14,533 nt of DNA from Candidatus Micrarchaeia archaeon (GTDB taxonomy: Archaea > Micrarchaeota > Micrarchaeia > Micrarchaeales > CABMGC01). Under the pieces are notes generated by a model. That model saw only the letters and a list, made by a program, of their open reading frames with translations, was not told the origin of the DNA and ran no database searches. Numbering within the stretch: position 1 is the stretch's first letter; each line of letters starts with the position of its first letter. Shown piece after piece: positions 7,024 to 14,441 of this stretch. The stretch spans positions 1 to 14,533 of the forward strand of contig JBMFHL010000016.1 of the NCBI GenBank assembly GCA_049976845.1. Direction: 5' to 3'. Made by a program: the position numbers and the translations under genes.

Positions 7024-9477
7024 TCAGGATGTGGTGTTGTATATTATCTTGAATATCTTGGAATCCTGGTTAGAATAAACGAGCTCAAGCTTTGCTATGT
7101 TGTTGTTCCACATGCAGGAATAATTATTGCAGAAGTAGAGGAACTTGAGCATATTGCTGTTGGCAATGTCCGGGCTGAACACATATGCCCCTGTAACGTT
7201 TATAGGCATCTTTGGATTAGGCACTGGAGAATACACAACTAGCATCATGTCCCCATTGGTTTTGTTGTACGCGTTCTGCTTGACAATTGTGTAGCTTGAA
7301 TTATACTCATTGTAGAAAGCGACATAAGTGACTGGCGATATGCCGTTGCTCATCATAATGTAGCTCGATACCTCTTGCGTGTTGTTTATATCTGCTATTA
7401 TTGTCCTCTCCTCAAAGTTGCTGCCTCCTGTAAATGTAAATTCCTGCAGTGTCCTATTGACCTGCTCGCTAATGCCTGTGAGGGCATCGAAGCTGTAAAA
7501 GTTAGCCAATGAATTGTTTAGCCCTGACTCTGTGAATATGCCGCCAGTCTCAACAAGCCACTGGTATCTCACAAGCAGGTAATTTGGCTTGCCGTTTATG
7601 CTGCTTAGCAAGAACTGCGGATCCGCACTAGAATTGAAGAGCCAGAGCGCGAACGGATCGGCTTTAGAAGCATTCTGCGAGCCAACGCTGTCGGTGACGC
7701 TTGTCCTGTTTGCCCATCCCTCAACAACGCTGCCATCAGGCCACAGCGTAAGCACAACCGAGTTGCTCGGCGTGTTGTTCTTCATCCACTGCATTGCACT
7801 CAGGAATTCGGGGTTTATGCCGTCTGCCTGCGTAAGTACGCCCATGTAACTGTAATCGAGTATGAGCGTATATAGTATAAATGCAATTATTATTCCGTAT
7901 CCTGCATAAAGCAGGTTCTTGTTGAATCTCTTTGCAAAGAGGATGAGCCAGTAAATGGTGTAAGCTGAGAATATTGCGAGAGGCACAGATAGCAATGAGT
8001 TGAACCTTACTGCATGAATCTGCAGATAGGCAGTGAGCGCGTAGTAAGCAACAAGCACCATCATCATCTGGCTTATGCCGAATTTGAGGTAAGCCCTGCC
8101 CTCCTTGATATTTTTGTCATTCTCCACCTTCATGAAGAAGTATGGTATGAACATGAGAAACATTATAAGCCAGAACACATACTTCGGATGCGTGTAGAAT
8201 GTTGACAAATATATTATTATTGACATTGGCGTTGAAAAGAGGTATATGCCGAAGCTCGCAAAAAGGAAGCTTGGGCTTGGAGCTTGCAATTCCTGTATAG
8301 TAGCTGAGAAGCCGCTTGTAACTATGAAGCCATTGCCAACGAAAATCTGATAAACAAAGCCAGGGAGCGCCAGGTATATGACAAGCAGCGAGAAGAGAAG
8401 GAACCCAATGGCAAGCTCGAATCTCTTCTTAGCATTGCCTGCAACGCTCCTGAACCTGTTAGGATTTGACAGGATATATCTTGCAAGCAGCCAGCCGAAA
8501 GCAATGAACATATACAATATTATAAAGTAATTGCCAGTGAAAGTCTGGCCCATTATGAAGCCAGCTGCAATATATGCCTTAGCAAGCACATACCACAAGC
8601 CAAGGCCCAGCAGCAGGTACTTGCTCCTTTCAACAAGAATCGAGTCTGAGAAGACGAAGCCGTATATTACTATCATAGCGAAAGCGAAAACATATGTTGC
8701 AGTTGCAAACGGCGAGCCGTTCCACACCAGGCTGGCTATGCTAAGCATTGCGCCTGCGCAAAGCCCGTACATAAGCTCTCTTCTCTTGCTCCTGGAGCGC
8801 AGCGCCTTTACGAAGAAGAGCAGCGAAAGTATGAGGAATATGGTTACGAAGCCGTCGCCCCTGTATATCGTTGCGCTTGTCCTCGCTGCATCTCCCATGC
8901 TCAAAGCTACGAAGAGCATGACAAGCAATCCGAAGAGCTTGTTCTTGCTCAGGTATCTTGAAAGAAGGTATGCGCCCACGACATCAAGTATGCCGAAGAG
9001 CACGGGCACGAGCCTCATTACAGTATAATAGCTAATCCCGAAGAACTGCAGTATTGCATACGGGAGGAGCGTAACCCAGTAGAAGCCGTGAGGCTCGCTG
9101 ACAGGCGTATGCGCAGGCCAGCCTGATATGCTTAAATACTGAGGTATTGCAAAATTATTGCTCACAGCTGCCCTTATTACAGAGAAATGGTAAAAGCCGT
9201 CTGGCTCGAAGAAGCCGGCATACTTGTACAAAGGCATCCTGAAATATATGGTAAGCAAAACAATGACAAAGAAAAGCGCGAAGAAGATAATGCCGTTCCT
9301 AGTTTTTGCGAATTTAACAACATAGCTAGTGCTTATGCCCTCTTCTTCCTCTGCTTTCTGCAGCTCCCTCTCGGCGTTGCGGATTTCCTCTTGAGCCTTG
9401 CGCTCCTCCTGCTCGGCTTTGCGGAGTTCCTCCTCCGCTTTGTGCAAGTCGTTTTTAAAATTGTCAGAAGGCTCCAT
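7024..9477 (-). CDS. aglB: AglB/STT3-family oligosaccharyltransferase-like protein with non-canonical motifs
   Basis: Multi-pass membrane N-terminal region with 'EPDGFYH', the TIXE motif TIQE (8290-8301) and 'VRF'. The soluble domain starts 'AMQWMKNNTP.NSVVLT-LWPDG-...WANRTSVTD', the exact context of the WWDYG motif. Confidence 0.85.
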   Translation of the reverse strand: MEPSDNFKNDLHKAEEELRKAEQEERKAQEEIRNAERELQKAEEEEGISTSYVVKFAKTRNGIIFFALFFVIVLLTIYFRMPLYKYAGFFEPDGFYHFSVIRAAVSNNFAIPQYLSISGWPAHTPVSEPHGFYWVTLLPYAILQFFGISYYTVMRLVPVLFGILDVVGAYLLSRYLSKNKLFGLLVMLFVALSMGDAARTSATIYRGDGFVTIFLILSLLFFVKALRSRSKRRELMYGLCAGAMLSIASLVWNGSPFATATYVFAFAMIVIYGFVFSDSILVERSKYLLLGLGLWYVLAKAYIAAGFIMGQTFTGNYFIILYMFIAFGWLLARYILSNPNRFRSVAGNAKKRFELAIGFLLFSLLVIYLALPGFVYQIFVGNGFIVTSGFSATIQELQAPSPSFLFASFGIYLFSTPMSIIIYLSTFYTHPKYVFWLIMFLMFIPYFFMKVENDKNIKEGRAYLKFGISQMMMVLVAYYALTAYLQIHAVRFNSLLSVPLAIFSAYTIYWLILFAKRFNKNLLYAGYGIIIAFILYTLILDYSYMGVLTQADGINPEFLSAMQWMKNNTPSNSVVLTLWPDGSVVEGWANRTSVTDSVGSQNASKADPFALWLFNSSADPQFLLSSINGKPNYLLVRYQWLVETGGIFTESGLNNSLANFYSFDALTGISEQVNRTLQEFTFTGGSNFEERTIIADINNTQEVSSYIMMSNGISPVTYVAFYNEYNSSYTIVKQNAYNKTNGDMMLVVYSPVPNPKMPINVTGAYVFSPDIANSNMLKFLYFCNNYSCMWNNNIAKLELVYSNQDSKIFKIIYNTTS
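9340..9441 (-). repeat. Imperfect 21-nt (7-aa) tandem repeat encoding an N-terminal coiled coil
   Basis: KAEEELR KAEQEER KAQEEIR NAERELQ KAEEE, about 5 heptads. Confidence 0.75.
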
Positions 9478-9574
9478 TGAAAATCCCCAGCAAATAAAGC
9501 AACTGATTAATCACTAAACTTTTTTAGTTTATATTTTTATAACCTTCCTTTCAGGAAAAGCAGCAAAGCGTTGC

Positions 9575-10285
9575 TCAAGCCCTTACAATTTTCCTATTTG
9601 CCTCAAGGTAGTTTAGCGCCTCTTTAACCGAGCCTATGAAAACAATATGCCTGCCATAATCCCTTTCAGGCTCAGGCATGTATATGGAAACTGCTTTTAT
9701 TGCATCCGCATTAACAATCTTCGCCCTGACTTCCTCTTCGTTGATGAACTGCGCGTTGCCTTCCAAATCCTTTTCGCAGTCGCCATAGTATCTTAAATAA
9801 TCATACTTTATTCTGCTTTCGTCAAAAAAGAAAATAATTCCATATTCCCTTCTTTCTGAGAAATACTTCGCCCTCCCGCGCGACGCTGTAAGCTCAACAT
9901 ACGTGGTTTTGTCTCCCCTTTTTGCAAGCAGGTCCTCATGCCCTTTCGGATAATAATCAGCATCAGCAGACTTCTCTACAGTTCTGTCATTTTCAATGCC
10001 TTCGAGCCTTTCAATAAGCTTGTCCTTTGAATCGAACGATTCGCCGCGGTAGAGCAGATGCGTAGACTCTATCTTAGCCCTAAGCAATTGCTCAAATTCG
10101 TCAATCCTCTGCTCGAGCTCAGCGCCCAGTATGTTCATACCAAGCCAGTACTTAATCAATTCCTTCTTCTTCAAATCAGCAAAAGCATCGTCTATAATGT
10201 GTTCCAATGCAAGCAGCATGCCCTCCTTTTCGAATGCCCCTTCTCTGCAAAGCTTAGTGTTAAGTTCGCGCATCTCTTTTTCCAT
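9575..10285 (-). CDS. Hypothetical protein with ADP-ribosyltransferase-like (R-S-E clade) motif order
   Basis: 'LLYRG', then 'YVELTAS...AKYFS', a hydrophobic strand 'GIIFFF', then 'NEEEV'. ATG 10285 is preferred because ATG 10309 overlaps the TATA box. The CDS is well supported; the fold is inferred. Confidence 0.6.
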   Translation of the reverse strand: MEKEMRELNTKLCREGAFEKEGMLLALEHIIDDAFADLKKKELIKYWLGMNILGAELEQRIDEFEQLLRAKIESTHLLYRGESFDSKDKLIERLEGIENDRTVEKSADADYYPKGHEDLLAKRGDKTTYVELTASRGRAKYFSERREYGIIFFFDESRIKYDYLRYYGDCEKDLEGNAQFINEEEVRAKIVNADAIKAVSIYMPEPERDYGRHIVFIGSVKEALNYLEANRKIVRA

Positions 10286-10306
10286 GTTGATAATAATTCC
10301 TGTTTT

Positions 10307-10314
10307 CATATAAA
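10307..10314 (-). promoter_or_regulatory. TATA box (TTTATATG) with upstream A-rich BRE-like element
   Basis: caaaaacta-TTTATATG ends about 22 nt upstream of ATG 10285. Confidence 0.6.
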
Positions 10315-10399
10315 TAGTTTTTGCTGCTCTTGCAGATGCTCATGCGCATTTGCTTCAACATTTATAATACATATTGTTAAGAAGAAATTGAAAAAGGAG

Positions 10400-10470
10400 T
10401 GGAGGCATAGGGAATCGAACCCTGGCCTGCAGAATGTCAATCTGCCATCCTACCACTAGACGATGCCTCC
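10400..10470 (-). tRNA. tRNA-Val(GAC)
   Basis: Reverse complement reads GGAGGCA TC GTCT AGTGGTA GGAT G GCAGA TTGACAT TCTGC AGGC CAGGG TTCGATT CCCTA TGCCTCC A. A73 discriminator, no encoded CCA, followed by a T-tract. Confidence 0.95.
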
Positions 10471-10549
10471 CCAAAGATTCAACATTATTGCTCAATTCTG
10501 CCTTTTATTCTTTACTCTTCTTTTTGTTCTTTCTGCTTATTGCCATTAT

Positions 10550-11443
10550 CTACTCCAATGCAATTGCATAGCCGTCTTTTGCAACAACAGTGTTTTTGAA
10601 AACCGCTTCAGCCTCTTCCTGAAGCTGCTTCGGGCTTCTATACCTGGCGCTTATGTGCATCAATACAAGCATTTTCGCATCTGCCTTTTTGGCAACGCCG
10701 GCAGCTTCTTTTGCGGTTGAATGCTTCCTAAGCAGTGCATGCTTCTTCTCATTCTCTGCAAAAGTGGCCTCGTGTATAAGCACATCCGCGCCGAGCGAAG
10801 CCTTTACTGTATTGGCGCAGGGCCTTGTATCTGTAGCATATACTATCTTCTTGCCGTGCTGCAGCCAAGTAACATCTTCAATCCTTACGCTTTTTCCTTT
10901 CACCTTTATGCTCCCAGTTTTCTCAAGCAGCGAATACATCTCATTTTTTATGCCCAGCTTGCCGCACTTTTCCTTAATAAACCTCCTCTTGTCGTCTTCC
11001 TTGAAAACATATCCGTAGCTCGGTATGCTGTGCTTGAGCCTGAAAGCCTTTACAAGAAAGCCCTTGCCCTTCATAATAATGCCGGAGCCTATGCCCCTTA
11101 TATCAATATTGTATCTTATCATCGCCTTGTCGAATGTTATGAGGCTCATCAGCACTTTCTCGTAGCCTTTCGGCACAAATATAAGAAGAGGCTCTACCCT
11201 GTTATTTAGGGCAAGAGTCCTTACAAGGCCAGCAATCCCTATTATATGGTCTCCATGTGCGTGCGTTATAAAAATCGCCTTTATCCTTGAAATGTTGACA
11301 TCATACTGCATCATCCTCATCTGCGTGCCTTCGCCGCAGTCGAACAAGTAAACATCCCCTTCCCTTACCAGCGCGACGCTAGGCATGCCCCTCGTCTTAG
11401 TTGGAGTTGATCCTGAGGTGCCAAGCACAATTATTTTTATCAT
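10550..11443 (-). CDS. rnz: Ribonuclease Z (tRNA 3'-processing endonuclease)
   Basis: 'LGTSGSTPT..R', 'LFDCGEGTQ', HxHxDH in 'THAHGDH', 'YATDTRP', 'HEATF', 'HST', 'HISARY'. Confidence 0.97.
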   Translation of the reverse strand: MIKIIVLGTSGSTPTKTRGMPSVALVREGDVYLFDCGEGTQMRMMQYDVNISRIKAIFITHAHGDHIIGIAGLVRTLALNNRVEPLLIFVPKGYEKVLMSLITFDKAMIRYNIDIRGIGSGIIMKGKGFLVKAFRLKHSIPSYGYVFKEDDKRRFIKEKCGKLGIKNEMYSLLEKTGSIKVKGKSVRIEDVTWLQHGKKIVYATDTRPCANTVKASLGADVLIHEATFAENEKKHALLRKHSTAKEAAGVAKKADAKMLVLMHISARYRSPKQLQEEAEAVFKNTVVAKDGYAIALE

Positions 11444-11453
11444 GATATCACTA

Positions 11454-12581
11454 TCAACCTTTGATTTTTATCCTTATCCTTTTGTTCTTCAAATCAACAT
11501 CTATAACCTTTATCTCGCCAGTCTCAAATCCCTTCAAATCTTCCAATGTAAACTTCTTTGCTTTTCTCGCATAATCAATTATCTGATTTATCTGGTTCAT
11601 GTTTGCGAATATAATGTCTCCTTTCTTTTTTGCATCCTGCTCGTCGTATTCGAGCGTTTTTATGAACTCTTTCTGCTTCTCTATGCTTGATTTTATAGAA
11701 AGCAATTCCTTCTCCCTGCTTTTATCACTTTCATTTTCCTGCCTCTCCTGCCTTTCCTTCAGGTAGAAATCATCAAGCAGCTCGCTTAGCGTTGCATAGC
11801 TCTTTTCATAATAGCCCTTGTATTTCGCAATCTCAATTATTGAATAGTCTTTGTTGCCTTCAGAATCGTTGTAATATACTCTAGGCTTGTAATTCGAAAG
11901 CACATTCCTGAAATTTGCAATGCCCTCGGCAACGCGCCTCAGGGTGTCTTTTTCTATGGCATTCGCCTTCGCCTTCGGGTCTATATTATTCCTTATCAAA
12001 ACATCTTCTATATAAAGCGGCCCTATCTCAAAGAGCCTCGAAAGCAGGGATATTATCCTGTCATTTTCAGAAGAAATTGAAAGCACTCTCTCTTCCGCAT
12101 TCCTCTCGTTTATTTCGCTTACGCCTATGGCGCTTCCCTTGGGCTTTGCATAAAGCGCCTTCGGCTCAATTGACCTGTCTTTGTACCTCACCCTAGTATA
12201 GGCCTCGATTATAACATCATCTTTGTCGGTGAGAACGACATTGCCCTTGCCAAGCATCTCGACAAAAAGCTTGTAATCAGAGAAGTCGAAGAGCAGTATC
12301 CTATCGCCATCGAGTTGTTTAACCTCCGCCAGTTTCTTTCCAAGCAGCCTCTTCCTAGCTGACATTGCAAAGGCAGTGGCAGTCTCATGCTCTGCAATAT
12401 AGGAAGTAATATTTATGCTCCTGAGCAGCTTGCAATAAACAGCGTACTCCTTTGCATTCGAAGAGAAAAAGAGCTCGAAGGCGCCATTGCCCATGTCATA
12501 CAATTTCTTCAGATACAAGCCCTCAAGTGCTTTCAATTCCAATGCTATGACGCTCAATTCAACAGAAGCAAGCTCCCTCAT
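11454..12581 (-). CDS. Rqc2/RqcH (NFACT family) protein, N-terminal half only
   Basis: NFACT-N motifs 'FAM..RKRL', 'Q..GDRIL', 'VEMLGKGNVVL', 'DR.I.P...Y..P', an HhH 'IGPLYIED', 'TLSELLDDFY' and one coiled-coil helix. No NFACT-R domain within 375 aa. Confidence 0.88.
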   Translation of the reverse strand: MRELASVELSVIALELKALEGLYLKKLYDMGNGAFELFFSSNAKEYAVYCKLLRSINITSYIAEHETATAFAMSARKRLLGKKLAEVKQLDGDRILLFDFSDYKLFVEMLGKGNVVLTDKDDVIIEAYTRVRYKDRSIEPKALYAKPKGSAIGVSEINERNAEERVLSISSENDRIISLLSRLFEIGPLYIEDVLIRNNIDPKAKANAIEKDTLRRVAEGIANFRNVLSNYKPRVYYNDSEGNKDYSIIEIAKYKGYYEKSYATLSELLDDFYLKERQERQENESDKSREKELLSIKSSIEKQKEFIKTLEYDEQDAKKKGDIIFANMNQINQIIDYARKAKKFTLEDLKGFETGEIKVIDVDLKNKRIRIKIKG

Positions 12582-12589
12582 GCATTCAG

Positions 12590-13378
12590 CTACTTCTTAA
12601 GCTTTTTAAGTCCTTCCTCTTTTATTACTTTGGCGAACAGCTCTGTTTTTGATTTTGCATTCTCAGACTGCTCTATTGCAGTGCCTATCTGCACAATATC
12701 GGCACCAGCTTTCAGCGTCTGCCTTAGCAAGTCGTCGGTTGTTATGCCTCCTGCAACTATGTAAGGGACTTCTATTGACTCCCTAACTGCCTTTATCATC
12801 TCTACCGGCACAGGCCCAGAATGCTGCAGCGCCGGATTCGAACCTACGTCGGTAACTATGAACTTGTTGCCGAGCATCTCACCTGCTTCTGCCAGAGCGG
12901 CAGCTATCTTTGGCTTCTCCCTTGGTACAAGGTTTACATCGCCCACCCAGCCTACGGTGCCGCCAGGCGCAACAACAATATAACCCACAGGCAGCGGCTC
13001 TATCCTGAGGTGCCTTATGGTAGGTGCAGCAAGCATCTGCGCCTGTATTATCCAATATGGGTTCCTTGCATTTAGCAATGACATGAAATATATTGCATCT
13101 GCGTACCTTGTTATTGTAGCTATGTTGCCAGGAAAGAGTATAAGTGGCGCATCGGTCTTGTCCTTTATTCCCTTTGAAACATAATCGAGCAATTCACCCT
13201 GTGCGCCTATGCTGCCGCCGAGCAGGACCATGTCTGCGCCTCCCTCTATGCTTGCAACTGCCGTCTTTATCGCCTCGTCAGGCGTCTTGTAGTCGACAGG
13301 GTCAACGAGCATGAACATCATCGCTCCCTTCTCCTCAAGCCTCTCATAAATATACTTCTCTGTCTTTCCAATTTTCAC
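12590..13378 (-). CDS. Geranylgeranylglyceryl phosphate synthase family protein (group II-like)
   Basis: 'LVDP', 'GGSIG', 'PLILFPGN', 'ADAIYFMSLLNARNPYWII.AQ', 'GYIVV.PGGTVGWVG', 'GGI', 'GADIVQIGT'. GTG 13378 is chosen because GGTGA lies 4 nt upstream; ATG 13396 is an alternative. Confidence 0.92.
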   Translation of the reverse strand: MKIGKTEKYIYERLEEKGAMMFMLVDPVDYKTPDEAIKTAVASIEGGADMVLLGGSIGAQGELLDYVSKGIKDKTDAPLILFPGNIATITRYADAIYFMSLLNARNPYWIIQAQMLAAPTIRHLRIEPLPVGYIVVAPGGTVGWVGDVNLVPREKPKIAAALAEAGEMLGNKFIVTDVGSNPALQHSGPVPVEMIKAVRESIEVPYIVAGGITTDDLLRQTLKAGADIVQIGTAIEQSENAKSKTELFAKVIKEEGLKKLKK

Positions 13379-13382
13379 GAAA

Positions 13383-13387
13383 TCACC
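13383..13387 (-). promoter_or_regulatory. Shine-Dalgarno GGTGA for GGGP synthase
   Basis: ggtgatttc-GTG, in an internal operon gene. Confidence 0.6.
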
Positions 13388-13420
13388 AATAAACATCTTC
13401 AATTCTAGGCCAATGGAAAT

Positions 13421-14440
13421 TCAATGCTTCTTCGCAAGAAACGCTTTTACAAGCTCGCTTCCTCCTACTTTTATGTTAACCATTGGATTAAAGCCAAGCT
13501 CTGTTTTTATCCTTGTTATGTCTATTACCCTGTCGCTCGTTATGAACCTGAGCTCGTCTGTGTCAAGGCCCCTGCTCTTTGCCACAAGTTTGACTATGAA
13601 CTCGCTCATGTGCTTTGTGGGCCTGGGCGCCTTAAGCTCATCTGCCGCAAGGTCAAACAAATATTCCTGCGTGTAGGATGTGCCGTCTGAAGTATTGTAT
13701 ATCCGGTTTTTGCTTTTGTCATTCATCCTCGCAAGAAGCAGCGCCTGGAGAACATCGTATATGTGTATTATTGATAGGTGGTTCTTGCCATTCCCTATAA
13801 AATAGACCTTCTGGTCCTGCAGCGCCTTGAATATCTTGAAGAATGAGCTCTCAAACCCCGGTCCATACACTGTTGCAATCCTTAGTATTGTAGAAGGCAC
13901 GGTATTTTTGTACCTTTCAACGACATCCTCAGCAAGCATCTTGCTGTAGCCGTATCTATCGCTGGGCTTTCTTTCAGAATCCTCTGTCAATAATTCGTTC
14001 CTCTTTCTTCCATACACATCAATTGTGCTTGAGAAAATAAAGTGCTTTATCCCATACTTCTCGCAGGCGTCGAGCGCATTCCTCGTGCCATCCACATTTA
14101 TGTGCATGAGCTCCTCCGTAGTGTATCTGTATTCGCTTACAGCGCCTGCCAAGTGGAAAACATTATCTGCGCCGTTGACTGCATCGTCAAGCTCCTTCTG
14201 GTTTGTTATATCCCCTATATACGGTATTACCCCTGGGGAGAGCTCGACAATCTGCTCTTTCCTCTTCACCAATGCCCTTACTATATCCCCTTTCTTCATC
14301 AGCGCCTTGACAAGCTCCTTGCCTATCTTGCCATTGGCTCCGGTTACAAGGTCAACCTCCTTCTTTTCTATAACAGGATCAGGCCTCTTCTCTAATTTGG
14401 TCGAATCGGCATCATTTTCTTTTGCTTTTTTGCCCAGCAT
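13421..14440 (-). CDS. NAD-dependent epimerase/dehydratase (extended SDR)
   Basis: 'VTGANGKIG', 'VFHLAG', 'NVDGTRN', 'FSSTIDVYG', YxxxK in 'YGYSK', 'LRIATVYGPG'. ATG 14440 follows the upstream stop (TGA-G-ATG), whereas ATG 14470 lies inside the upstream CDS. Confidence 0.92.
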   Translation of the reverse strand: MLGKKAKENDADSTKLEKRPDPVIEKKEVDLVTGANGKIGKELVKALMKKGDIVRALVKRKEQIVELSPGVIPYIGDITNQKELDDAVNGADNVFHLAGAVSEYRYTTEELMHINVDGTRNALDACEKYGIKHFIFSSTIDVYGRKRNELLTEDSERKPSDRYGYSKMLAEDVVERYKNTVPSTILRIATVYGPGFESSFFKIFKALQDQKVYFIGNGKNHLSIIHIYDVLQALLLARMNDKSKNRIYNTSDGTSYTQEYLFDLAADELKAPRPTKHMSEFIVKLVAKSRGLDTDELRFITSDRVIDITRIKTELGFNPMVNIKVGGSELVKAFLAKKH

Positions 14441-14441
14441 C

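Noticed and set aside
11444..11456. Readthrough or frameshift fusion of NFACT to RNase Z
   Set aside because: There are three consecutive in-frame stops, and rnz is in a different frame with its own SD-like sequence and ATG.
12831..12847. tRNA T-arm-like GTAGGTTCGAATCCGGC on the minus strand inside the GGGPS gene
   Set aside because: The stem is imperfect, I could not build a D-arm, anticodon arm or acceptor stem around it, and it encodes the V-G-S-N-P motif region. Most likely coincidence.
206..14395. Many antisense or overlapping ORFs in the track (e.g. 5336-5842, 8531-9028, 10058-10459, 10721-11209, 14042-14395)
   Set aside because: They shadow well-supported genes or tRNAs, have atypical composition, and show no recognisable motifs.
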